64,000 nucleotides of DNA from Octopus sinensis (taxonomy: Eukaryota), in contig NC_043014.1 of NCBI RefSeq assembly GCF_006345805.1, positions 36,890,001-36,954,000 of the forward strand, in the 5' to 3' direction. The translations under genes were made by a program, and so were the position numbers. The notes under the pieces were generated by a model. That model did not search any database. It was not told the DNA's origin and saw only the letters and a program-made list of their open reading frames with translations. This document shows, piece by piece, positions 38,536 through 50,325 of the stretch (position 1 is its first letter; each line of letters begins with the position of its first letter).

Positions 38536-39089
38536 AGGAGCCTGCTACCCAGAGTTCAGTCCTACTGCATAGCACCTTGGGCAAGTGTTTTCTAATGTAG
38601 CTTCAGGCCATCCAAAACCTTGACTGGATTTGATTAGACAAACGCTGAAAGAAACCCATCATATATATATGTGTGTGTTTGCATCCCTGTAACTTGGTTT
38701 GGCCAAAAAAAAAAAAAAAAAAGACCGATAGAATTAGTACCAGGCTTAAAAAAGAAGTGATGCGATCGATTCATTTTACTAAAACTTCAAGGCAGTGCCC
38801 CAGCATGGCCAGAGTCTAATGACTGAAACAAGTAAATGATAAAAGATATATCTACATCTACATTAAAACTCAGGGAGCAAATCTAAGAATGAAGTTTACT
38901 CTCTCTTTTACTCGTTTCAGTCATTTGACAGCGGCCATGCTGGAGCACTGCCTTTAGTCGAGCAACTCGACCCTGGGACTTATTCTTTGTAAGCCTAGTA
39001 CTTATTCTATCAGTCTCTTTTGCCGAACCTTTGACACTGATTTTACTCTAGGTTTAAATATTTACTTTCATTTCTCCTATATCTATTTC

Positions 39090-39300
39090 TTTATTACCCA
39101 CAAGGGGCTAAACACAGAAGGGACAAACAAGGACAGACATAGGTATTAAGTCGATTACATCGACCCCAGTGCGTAACTGGTACTTAATTTATCGACCCCG
39201 AAAGGATGAAAGGCAAAGTCGACCTCGGCGGAATTTGAACTCACAACGTTGTGACAGACTGCTAAGCATTTCGCCCGGCGCGCTAACGTTTCTGCCAGCA
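39090..39300 (-). mobile_element. CORE-type SINE
   Basis: Reverse-complement family match. Confidence 0.8.
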
Positions 39301-41051
39301 CGCTGAACCAAAATATTAAACTATGGCTACTATTCAACAGACTGACATCTGGTGTAAGTTTAACCCCTGGAAGCAAAGCTTGGTAAATTTTCACCGTTAA
39401 CCCCAAGACGGGTGTAATCGTTGATCGGTAGACTTTCGGAATAACTATCAACTACCTCAAAGAGAAAGGAACTGGTAGTTGTTTTTCCTGGGAAGGTATT
39501 TTTGCTGAAAAGACATTTTTAAAAAAACCTTTTGCCCTTCCCCCACTTCCACCAAATTCCTATATTTTTGTGGTAACCCTAATCCCCTAATGAGTGTACA
39601 CTGTAGAAACATCGTTACGAAGATGCATCGGGACACCCGTATTTTAGTGCCAAATTTTAACTTGTTACTCTCGTCTCTGGGAGGGGTAAAAAAAAATATC
39701 ATTCCATCTGTTTTTGCATAGATGAAAGGGAGTTTTAGATAAAAACTTCCAGCTGAATGGGGGCATGAGTCAAGGGAAGAACTAAGAATCACTGCTCCAG
39801 ATGAAAGGAAATTTAGTGGTGACCTAATCCTCCATCAAGGACCGATGGTTATTTGTTGTCTGGGTTTTTCTTACATTGTAGTAATGTTTTCTGTCTTCTT
39901 AAAGTACACCAAACCGTCTTAGAAAAAGAATACGTTAGAAAATTTGGTCCCGAGTTGCCTGAACATCGGAAAAAGACGGGATGGTCACAAGCGAAAACCT
40001 TTGATATAGGTCAGCCCGATTAACAATTAAAAAGGTTAAATAAGGAAGTGAACATTTCATTGATTTGTTATACAACTACCACGTTTATGTGTTTTCGTGT
40101 AATCTTTTGTTAAACTACAGAACAAAGCAATTCCAATGCAAGGAATTTGATCTAAAGCCAAAAAAAAAAGCCCCTACTCTACAGTTACAAGAAAATTTGT
40201 AGGAAAGCGAGTCTACAAACAATAAATGACATTTAAAATGTGTGGTTGTGTTCCAGAATGATCAACGCACAAGGGATGGTTACTCGAGATTAAAACCAGA
40301 GATCACCTCCTGCCAGTTAAAATCCGAAGTAATAAATTCTTCTTTGAAAATGATGCGAGAAGAAAATTAATGGCCAAGAGATAACGAAACGATAAACCAG
40401 GAATTAATTTCAGCGATATTTCGAACTATTGGCCGGATTACTTCCGAAAATCTCACAGATAGTCGAATACAGGATGTAACGAAGCAAAAAAAAAATCGTT
40501 TTTAATAGGGCTACCTATATAACGGTTAAATTCTTCAGATGAATCCGAGCTCACCTCCACGACGACGATGACGACTCAACAAGTCAATGAACTCACACAT
40601 ACAGTAATAATTATTGTACAACAGTCACAATAGTTACTAATCGAGTGACTAACAAGCTTGGAAATAACTCAAAAACTATTCTGTATGAGTGTATCTCTTC
40701 CATTACGAGAGGGAAGATTCAAGAAGAGAGAGAGAGAGAGAGAGATAAAAACGGAAGAAATAAATTTTGAGTAACAGTATTTGAAAATATAATACGGGGT
40801 AGGAGTAAAAAAAAAATAACACCAACGTATTTTCACAGTTGTTAGTCGATTTAGCTAAGCAGTAAAACCAATGGTTAAGTTAGTAAATTTGAATTTGTAA
40901 CGAATTGGTTAATGGTAGAATGTTTTAGACAATTAACTGGACAACCTAAGTTTAAAAAAAAAAATTTTAATTCTACCATTGTTACTAATTTAAAATTAAG
41001 CTTATATGTATACACACACACACATTTATACATATATATATATATGTATAC

Positions 41052-41082
<31 letters not shown>

Positions 41083-41140
41083 CGGTAAAAAGAATTTTCA
41101 AAATTATATATAGTAGAAACATAAGTAAACACATAAATAC

Positions 41141-41232
41141 CTTTTGGTAACAGAATGGTTGTCTTTGGCAGTTGTGCTGTTAGGTTCTTTCCTTGTGGTA
41201 CTAGCAGCAGGATCTCTATTCTGGGAGGCCAT
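41141..41232 (-). CDS. UBE2C: UBE2C exon 1 coding part
   Basis: MASQNRDPAASTTRKEPNSTTAKDNHSVTK(R), donor GTATTT; N-terminus matches vertebrate MASQNRDPAA; five exons total 528 nt = 175 aa plus stop. Confidence 0.95.
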
Positions 41233-41570
41233 CGAGCGCGAAATTTGATAAAAACAGAAAAGGAATTAAGTTAGGGAAGACTAGAACGGTCAAATACTTT
41301 GAATGTATTTTGTAACTGATGAGATCAATCAATAATTTGTGATGAAAAAGAATGTTTAACTTTTAAGACTACAATCACACTCTGCCTGGACAAGTTTGAA
41401 AATTATGCTTGTAAAACGATTTAACCAATCAAAGGCGAATCAAATCAAAATTAACCAATCAGTAACGGGTTTAAATAAGTTTGTTAGTTTGCACCAATCA
41501 AAATGAATGTAATTTTATTGTGTTCATATAGATTTCACTTCCGGTACAAACACATGTCAAGGGTGATTCT
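41233..41570. promoter_or_regulatory. Bidirectional promoter between UBE2C and MCUR1/CCDC90B-like gene
   Basis: E2F site TTTCGCGC (41236-41243, - strand), TTTGAA at 41298 and 41395, CCAAT at 41425, 41455, 41494, ETS-type CACTTCCGG 41536-41544. Confidence 0.7.
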
Positions 41571-41664
41571 ATGGCGTGTGGTCGCTTTACTGTTTTGCCT
41601 TTACTCCGAAAAAGTCAATTAATTTTGGAGAATTATAAAAATGACCAATTTTCCTTTCTCAGCA
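41571..41664 (+). CDS. CCDC90B: MCUR1/CCDC90B family protein, exon 1 (mitochondrial presequence-like)
   Basis: MACGRFTVLPLLRKSQLILENYKNDQFSFLS + 1 nt, donor GTAAGT; phase 1 fits exon at 59987. Confidence 0.75.
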
Positions 41665-43023
41665 GTAAGTGGGTTTTTTTTTTCTTTCCGTTTACTTAAC
41701 TCAGTATATTTTTTATGATATAATTTTGTAATAAAAAGTTTCTGAATTCATAATTGCGTAACATAAAGTATTTCCTCCTTTTAATTTATTACATATGCCA
41801 TCGCATCTCAAGTTTATGTAATTTCTCTCGTGACTTTGTAACATACATACTTGATGCTCTAATTTATTTTTGTATAGTCTTTTACTTGCCGGTTAATTAT
41901 TTCGAAATAACAATCTTTTCCCCCTTTGTTTGCAATGGACTTTCATCCATTGAATAAATAATAAAAAAAAAGAATTTGTCCTATAATAAAAACAACAGAT
42001 GGTGATCCTTCGCTACTGGTACACGACATCATTCACCCACACAACTTTCCGGCATTGCCCAACCTTCCTTCATAACAGCTAAAGAGGGTGTCCTCATACC
42101 GAACTCTAAGAATCCAGTACTGAAGGATCGCCCTTCAGATTGTTAGCTGTTGAAAATAATGTAATAAAGACATATTAGTAAAATATCTGGATCTGAAAAG
42201 TACGCATCAAAATTAATCATAGGGAAATCGGGTTCTTACATTCTTATTAAAATTTAATTTAAAAACCTTCAGTAAAATGTTGAGGTCATAAGTAGTAAAT
42301 GGAAATTAAAGATTTATTTTTATTTATTTAAGGGTGAACATTTTAACAATCATTGAAAGCGAATAATACTTTGTTTTGTCTGCATATTTGATTATACACT
42401 CGGTCGACTAAGGCAGCTACTTTAATTATACCACTTTTTTAAAGGCTGAATGTCCTTACCTTTTGAATAGTTGACAAGTTCATCTAGTCTCTATCGTTCA
42501 GAATGTTATAGAACTTATGTCGAAATTAGAGGAAAGTGACGTAACTGATATTAGGGGTAAAATGTACTTTTATGTCAAAACTGGAGATGGCGTATTTTAA
42601 TTAGAAATTGTGTGTTGTAATTATTTACATTTCCTGTTAGTGATAGATATGTGGGTATACTGTATTACATTAGGTAAAGGCAGATACAAAGAAAAAGCAG
42701 CACTAACACTCAAATTATGTCACTTCATCCCCTGTATGTTTGTGCGTTGGGTAGTTCTCCGGTATTCTCGATCTATTGCGTACTTTGTTTTTCTCGGTGT
42801 CTGTAAACAACCTTCGAATTTTCCAAAAGGTTTGACCCCATGTCGCTTGTGATATTCCCGTATTTTCGTTACTCCTCTTGATTTCCATCTCGGTTGCCAC
42901 ATTTCGTAACCAGCCGGTTGCATTCTTCGTTCCGCCATAATGTCTTGGAGCCTTCACGACCATACTCTGTTCAAGGTTTCATCGTTTTAGGATATGATCT
43001 TGAGAAAATTCTTTTGAGATTTT

Positions 43024-43126
43024 GGCGAAAGTAAAGAATACGTACACCCTATGTTTAGTGTTAGGGTTTGGGATAGGGTTAGGGTTACGCAGAAAACAAA
43101 TGGTGTACGTATTCTTTACCTTCGCC
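43024..43126. mobile_element. Merlin-type mini-MITE with TTAGGG-like interior
   Basis: TIR GGCGAAAGTAAAGAATACGTACACC / GGTGTACGTATTCTTTACCTTCGCC; 8-bp TSD GAGATTTT. Confidence 0.8.
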
Positions 43127-43323
43127 GAGATTTTCTTCAAACACATTTAGTGAAAAATATTCAGTATTTCTTTTGTTGGTGTCTAGTAATATTCATCAAC
43201 CAGATTTTGTATATTCGCTAAAATACTACTGTCGCCTTTTCGATTTTGCATTTAACATAGGTTTCAAGGGGCTAATGCAGTTTCGCACCTCACCTTCAAA
43301 AGTGCTTTTTTTGAAAAATTTTC

Positions 43324-43475
43324 GGATCTTTTCCAGATTTCAACACAATTTCTGGTTAACTAAACACTTTAAAAATAATGTTTTCTTAAGACACATTCTA
43401 CCACTATACGAAGTTTAAAAGTGTTTAGTTAACTGGAAATTGTGTTGAAATCTGGCCTTCAAAAGGAAAAGATCC
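43324..43475. mobile_element. Merlin-type MITE, short palindromic variant
   Basis: GGATCTTTTCC / GGAAAAGATCC ends; 8-bp TSD AAATTTTC. Confidence 0.78.
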
Positions 43476-44599
43476 AAATTTTCTTCGTATTCCTAGGTTT
43501 TATAGATGTAAGTGATTACAAATATGCAAAAAAAAAAATAATAATAATAATTTTACCCCCCCTCTCAACCTTTATCATTCGGTCGCTTTTATGTCCGTGT
43601 TCACATGCCAGTATAAGTTGCACAAATACATATGACTGCCCTTCTTGTTAACTTTTACCTACTTTGCAAGTGAGGGACTTTTTAATCCACTTGCTGTTCG
43701 AAAGCATAAATTTGTTGGCTTTCATGTGAAGATATAGAATGAAAACATTCACACACACACATATAAATTTGTGTGTGTGTGTGTGTGTGTATGTATATAT
43801 ATAAAAATACAAAATGGGACAAGAACGCAAAACATTCAAATAGACGATACGAAAACGGACGGGTCATTCGAAGCCTCTAATCCTCAGTCAAGAACTGGAT
43901 CATCCTCGCAATTTCGGCTGAATACCAAAGCAGACTTAGCTAATGCTGGTGCCACACAAGGAGCACCCAGTTCACTTTTTAAAGCCATAAAAAGTACCTA
44001 CTCCACTCTGTAAAGTCGTTGGCAAAAAGAAAGGCATCAAGCTGTACAACCTATACCAAAGCAAACCTTGCTGGTGTTGGTACCTCATAAAAAGCACCCA
44101 ATCCACTCTGTAAAGTGGTTGGCATTAGGAAGGGCATCAAACTGTAAAAACCATAGCAAAGCAGACCTTGCCAGCACTGGCAAGGTCACACAAAAAATGC
44201 CCAGTCCACTCTGTAAAGTAGTTGATGTTAGGAAGAGTACCCAGCTGTAAAGATCATGCCAGATTAGACAGTGGAGCTTGGCATATTCCTTTTTGTGCTT
44301 GTTGCCCCACAATCCCCACTTGATTTGCAACTGGTGTTGGTTTGTTTATGTCCCCATGACTGAGCAGTTCAGCAAGAGACAGATAGAATGAATACCACAC
44401 TTTAATAAAATAAGTACTGCAGTCAATTTGTTCAACATGTTCGCAGTCAAACGAATGAAATAAGTAAGACATAAGATACATGAAAATAAAACCCTTACCC
44501 TTGATGCCATGCAGTTCAATAAAACTTAAGACCTCCTGATTACAAAGCAAACTCCAAGTCCACCACAGTCATACTTGTTTGTATGTGTGTTGTAACTAT

Positions 44600-45010
44600 T
44601 ACTTTTCTTTTTTTTTTTGTTTCAGTCATTTTGACTGTGGCCATGCTGGAGCACCGCCTTTAATTGAGCAACTCGATCCCGGGGCTTATTCTTTGTAAGC
44701 CCAGTACTTATTCTATTGGTCTCTTTTGCCGAACCGCTAAGTGACAGGGACATAAACACACCAGCATCGGTTGTCAAGCAATGCTAGGGGCACAAACACA
44801 GACACACAAACATACACGCACACACACACACACATATATATCTACATATATACGACAGGCTTCTTTCAGTTTCCGTCTACCAAATCCACTCACAAGGCTT
44901 TGGTCGGCCCGAGGCTATAGTAGAAGACACTTGCCCAAGGTGCCACGCAGTGGGATTGAACCCGGAACCATGTGGCTGGTAAACAAGCTACTTACCACAC
45001 AGCCACTCTT
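44600..45010 (-). mobile_element. tRNA-derived SINE (GGAGTGGCTGTGTGG family)
   Basis: Full-length copy. Confidence 0.85.
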
Positions 45011-47287
45011 GCATAACATTATCTAAGCAAAATGGTAATATCTTATTTTCATTCTCTCTAAACAAGACATCCTGCAGCTCTACACTTTCAAAAGCCAGTA
45101 GAATTAAAATGTCTTGAAAAACAGGTGAAGTTTGACAATAGGAAGGGTTTCCTGCTGTAAAATACTGCCTTCACACTTCAGAATTCAGATTACTCTGTTA
45201 AATGTAATGCATATTTATTCACATTGTACTGAATTAGTCTTGCATTATCTTGTAGCTTCAAAACTTCAATGATGTGATTGTTTATTTTTCAAATAACAGT
45301 GTAGGGTAGATGGCTTGGACTCGATATGGCTTGTTTAAATGTTAAGCATCTGTCTCATCCTTACCTGAATGGAAAAACAGACAGAAAATCAAATCTGGAA
45401 TGTAAATAGATATAACTGGGTGAGCTTGATATGGATAATGTTCTGTTTCAGCTCTAATTGTTGAATAGAATGCATGTCTGTGTGTGTGTGTGTCAGTGTA
45501 CCTGTTGTATTTGAGTTTAAAATGTAGGTTTTATTTCACTAATATGCAGAGTAGAAGCAGCAAACCTACTGAGATGGTACAAGCATTTTTTTATTTTTTA
45601 TTTTTACTTGTTTTAGTCATTTGACTGTGGCCATGCTGGAGCACCACCTTTAGTCAAGCAAATCGACCCCGGGACTTATTCTTTGTAAGCCCAGTACTTA
45701 TTCTATCGGTCTCTTTTGCCGAACCACTAAGTTACGGGGACATAAACACACCAGCATTAGTTGTCAAGCGATGTTGGGGGGACAAACACACACAGAAACA
45801 TATACACACACATACATACATTTATATGTATATATATATGTATGTGTATGTCTGTGTTTGTCCCTCTAGCATTGCTTGACAACCGATGCTGGTGTGTTTA
45901 CGTCCCCGTCACTTAGCGGCTCGGCAAAAGAGACCGATAGAATAAGTACTGGGCTTACAAAGAATAAGTCCCTGGGTCGATTTGCTCGACTAAAGGCGGT
46001 GCTCCAGCATGGCCGCAGTCAAATGACTGAAGCAAGTAAAAGAGTATACGTATGTGTTTGTGTTTCCCCCACTTGCTACTTCTCAACCAGTGTTGGTTTG
46101 TTCACATCCACATAGCTTGATGGTTTAGCAAAAGAGACTAATAAAATAAATACCAGACAAAAAAAAATGAAAGTTCTAGGGGCATGATTTGTTTGATTAA
46201 AAAACCCTTCAAGGAAGTGCCCCAGCATGGCCACCAGTCAGTGACTGAAACAAGTAAAAAATAAAAGATGTCCGTGCTTGTGCTTGTTGCCCCACAATCC
46301 CCGCTTGATTTGCAACTGGTGTTGGTTTATTTATGTCCCCATAACTGAGCAGTTCAGCAAGAGACTGATAGAATGAATACCACACTTTAATAAAATAAGT
46401 ACTGCAGTCAATTTGTTCAACATGTCCACAGTCAATTTGTTCAGCATGTCCACAGTCAAACGAATGAAGTAAGACATAAGATACATGAAAATAAATTTTA
46501 GTGACTATCAAGGTGAAAGACAAATGAAAATGTACTCTTATTTTAGGATATTGACTGTCTTAGTAGTAAGTAAAAAGGTCAATGAATTGACAATTACAGG
46601 TTGTCTGCCAGCCATTGAAAAGAACAACAAAAGCAAAATGTATCATATAAATTGTTTAGTGTCTGAGTTGAAGAGGTGAGGTTATCAATGAAATGGTTCC
46701 TCCCCTAGCATGTTAACAGTAGGTTAATTAAGGTCCATGACAAAATGAGATACGTTTAATTTATTAGTGTTTTTTGTATCCGGGTATGAAACAAAAATAG
46801 TTAAAATAAGATTTACGTCTGAAAAAAATAATAGATCTGCTTTGACTAGTTGTTGAACATTTCTTCAAGAGATTGGTATTTGTATGAAAGGGAAAAGGAA
46901 TCTACTATTGAGGACTCTTGTAACAAACCCAAAAAAAATTCTCAACCACATGGTTCCAGGTTCACTCCCACTGCATGGCTTCTACAATAGCTTTAGGATG
47001 ACCAGAGCCTTGTAAGTGGATTTGGTAGATGAAAACTGAAAGAAGCCTGTCAAATATATATTTTTTGCCATGTTTCAGTCATTTGACTGTGGCCATGCTG
47101 GAGCACTGCCTGGAAGAATTTTAGTCGAACTAAACAACCCCCAGCACTTTTTTTCTTTCTAGACCAGATACTTAACCTGTCGGTCTCTTTTGCCAAGCCA
47201 CTAAGTTATGGGGACATAGATACACCAACACTGGTTGTCGAGTGGTTGTAGAGGACAAGCACACACACACACACACATGTATATATA

Positions 47288-48221
47288 CAGGGTGCACCAA
47301 AATGATCTGACACATTTGGAGGCTTAATAAAAGCACAAAATAATGAAAAGAAAAATTTTATTTTCTGAATGTACTTATAATGCCATTTTATTTACTCTTT
47401 TACTTGTTTCAGTCATTTGACTGCGGCCATGCTGGAGCACCACCTTTAGTCGAGCAAATCGACCCTGGGACTTATTCTTTGTAAGCCCAGTACTTATTCT
47501 ATCGGTCTCTTTTGCCGAACCGCTAAGTGACGGGGACGTAAACACACCAGCATTGGTTGTCAAACAGTGCTAGGGGGACAAACACAGACACACAAACACA
47601 CACACATATATATATATATATACATATATACGACAGGATTCTTTCAGTTTCCGTCTACCAAATCCACTCACAAGGCTTTGGTTGGCCCGAGGCTATAGTA
47701 GAAGACACTTGCCCAAGATGCCACGCAGTGGGACTGAACCCGGAACCATGTGGTTGGTAAGCAAGCTACTTACCACACAGCCACTCCTGCGGTAAGTTTT
47801 AAAAATTAAATCAGCTAGATGCTTCCCATCATTGTCAACATACTGTTGGAGACGTTCATGAAAGTTATCGATAACTCTATGGATCATTTCTTCTGGAATG
47901 GCGAAATGTGATTTCTTCTTGTGGGGATATTTAAAACCAAAAGTATTGAATGATCTATTGATGAATTAAAATGTGCAATTTGTGTAAAAATAGCAACCAT
48001 TCCAGAAGAAATGATCCATAGAGTTATCGATAACTTTCATGAACGTCTCCAACAGTATGTTGACAATGATGGGAAGCATTTAGCTGATTTAATTTTGAAA
48101 ACTTAATGAAATAAAATGGCATTATATGTACATTCAGAAAATAAAATTTTTCTTTTCATTATTTCTTATTTTGTGCTTTTATTAAGCCTCCAAATGTGTC
48201 AGATCATTTTGGTCCACCCTG
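47288..48221. mobile_element. Tc1/maT-type fold-back element with SINE insertion (47392-47790)
   Basis: CAGGGTG../..CACCCTG ends, TA/TG flanks; transposase C-terminus CDFFLWGYLKPKV..IPEEMIHRVIDNFHERLQQYVDNDGKHL on both arms. Confidence 0.85.
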
Positions 48222-48888
48222 TGTGTATATGTGTGTGTGTGTATAAATGTGTTGGTGTATCTATGTCCCCATAACTTAGTGGTTCGGCAAAAGTGACTGA
48301 TAGGATAAGTATCTGGTTAAAAAAGAAAATAAGTGCTGTCTGATGACTGAAACATGGTTAAAGATAAGGTTGTTGTTTTTTTTTAGTTCAAGTGGAACAT
48401 TTCTATTTAAAAGCTTCTGAGTAAGACTGTATTTGTATTTAATTAGTCTGTTTAACAGACATTATAAAAACAGGTACATTAGTAGGCATTATGCTTTGTG
48501 ATGTTTAGTTTCATGTTTTTATGTTCTTAGTTCAAATGCCAGACTTTCTAGCCAAGGCCGTGCATGTGTGTGTGTGTATATATATATAAATATATATATC
48601 TGTGTATATTTAAAGGGCTAAAAAAACCACTATCTGGTTAGCCATATGCTAGAAGTAGATCACCTGCGATCAAACTACAAAGAAAAGAATGTTCTCTAGA
48701 GAAAAATTCAGCGGACACCAGATCAATATGCGGGCAAGACAGATGAAAATTATATAAAAAACAAGTGGTTTTTTAGCCCTTTAAATATACACATGTATTA
48801 GAATTTTCTCTGATTCTTCAGATTTTTGTATGCTAAGCTACTGGTTTTAAATTGATATTAAATTAATCAATTTATCTCCCTCTTTATT

Positions 48889-48927
<39 letters not shown>

Positions 48928-49010
48928 TTTATGAAAAAAACAAAAGACGAAGACAGGTGGTATACAAAACAAACAGATGTATTAGTATAACGCTCAGGAA
49001 TAGAAAAAGT

Positions 49011-49049
<39 letters not shown>

Positions 49050-49635
49050 TTATGTATACGTATAGTCAATTCAAAAAACGCAGTGAAAAAGAAAAAGAAC
49101 AAACAAATATGTGGATGTGGCACAAACAATGTATTAATAAAACACTCAAAGAGGAAAAGAGTAGTAGTTTTATGTTTTAAGCATTAGCTCTTCTTCGGGA
49201 ACAGGAAAGTCTAAGTCAAAGGAAGGAAAAAGAATCACCAACAATCATGTGCAGTTACATTTCTGAAGTGACCAGAAGTAAAAGGACAGAAGAGTGTGAA
49301 AATGGTCAGTGTGTGTGAAATATATAATAGAAGCATCACTAGTGTAATAAACATTATCAACCACTCATACTTAACATACATAATTTGTGTATTTGCCAGT
49401 AGACTGTGATTTGGCATGGTGAGGGCTATTCTCTCAAAATATCAATTGTTAAAACAACTGAATATCATGGACAGGCAAGAAGACTCCTCAAGTCTCATCA
49501 ATGTCCATCATTTGGGGTGAGTTGACTTTAGGGGGTTTTAACAGCCGGCACATTGAGAAAGTAATCTCCACCACACCAAATCACAGCCTGCTGGCAAATA
49601 CACATTTCACATGCATTGAGTATGTATGGTCAGTA

Positions 49636-50190
49636 CACATTTTTTTTCTCTCCTTGTTTTTTCTGTGTCCCTTTCTGTAGAAGAGCATAGGCTCGAAACG
49701 TAAAAGACTTTCTATTCCTGAGCATTATACTAATACATCTGTTTGTTTTGTACACCACCTGTCTTCATATTTTGTTTTTTTCATAAACTCTCCCTATATA
49801 TATATGATAGATCATTAACCACTACACACATTTTTTTCTCTCCGTGTTTATTCTGTGTCCTTTTCTGTAGAAGAGCATAAGCTCGAAACGTAAAAGACTT
49901 TTTCTATTCCTGAGCATTATACTAATACATCTGTTTGTTTTGTACACCACCTGTCTTCATATTTTGTTTTTTTCGTAAACTCTCCCTATATATATATATA
50001 TGATAGATCGTTAGCCACTACACACATTTTTTTTTCTCCTTGTTTTTTCTGTGTCCCTTTCTGTAGAAGAGCATAGGCTCGAAACATAAAGGACTTTTTC
50101 TATTCCTGAGCGTTATACTAATACATCTGTTTGTTTTGTATACCACCTGTTTTCGTCTTTTGTTTTTTTTTTCGTAAACTCTCCCTCTAT
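49636..50190 (+). ncRNA. Three tandem 190-196-nt units, each with a minimal hammerhead-like motif (retrozyme/Penelope-like array)
   Basis: CTTT-CTGTAGA-A-GAGC-ATAG-GCTC-GAA-ACGT-A-AAAG; cores start at 49675, 49865, 50061; A6 replaced by T in all three. Confidence 0.6.
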
Positions 50191-50291
50191 ATATATATAG
50201 GCACAGTAGGATTTCTCTATATGAACATAATCCATTCTAGGGCCCAGTTTGTTAACCAAAGTATTCACTACATGAGTAACTGAGGTATATA

Positions 50292-50325
<34 letters not shown>

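Noticed and set aside
38151-39822. 53-bp sequence duplicated at 38151-38204 and 39769-39822 in UBE2C intron 1
   Set aside because: No C/D or H/ACA boxes; likely a small local duplication or repeat fragment
41641-41664. Alternative start ATG giving MTNFPFSA before the same donor
   Set aside because: Phase 0, incompatible with the phase-1 acceptor at 59987; the ATG at 41571 fits
42715-42963. Two overlapping minus-strand ORFs with ordinary composition
   Set aside because: No motif recognised with confidence; probably a transposase relic; needs HMM search
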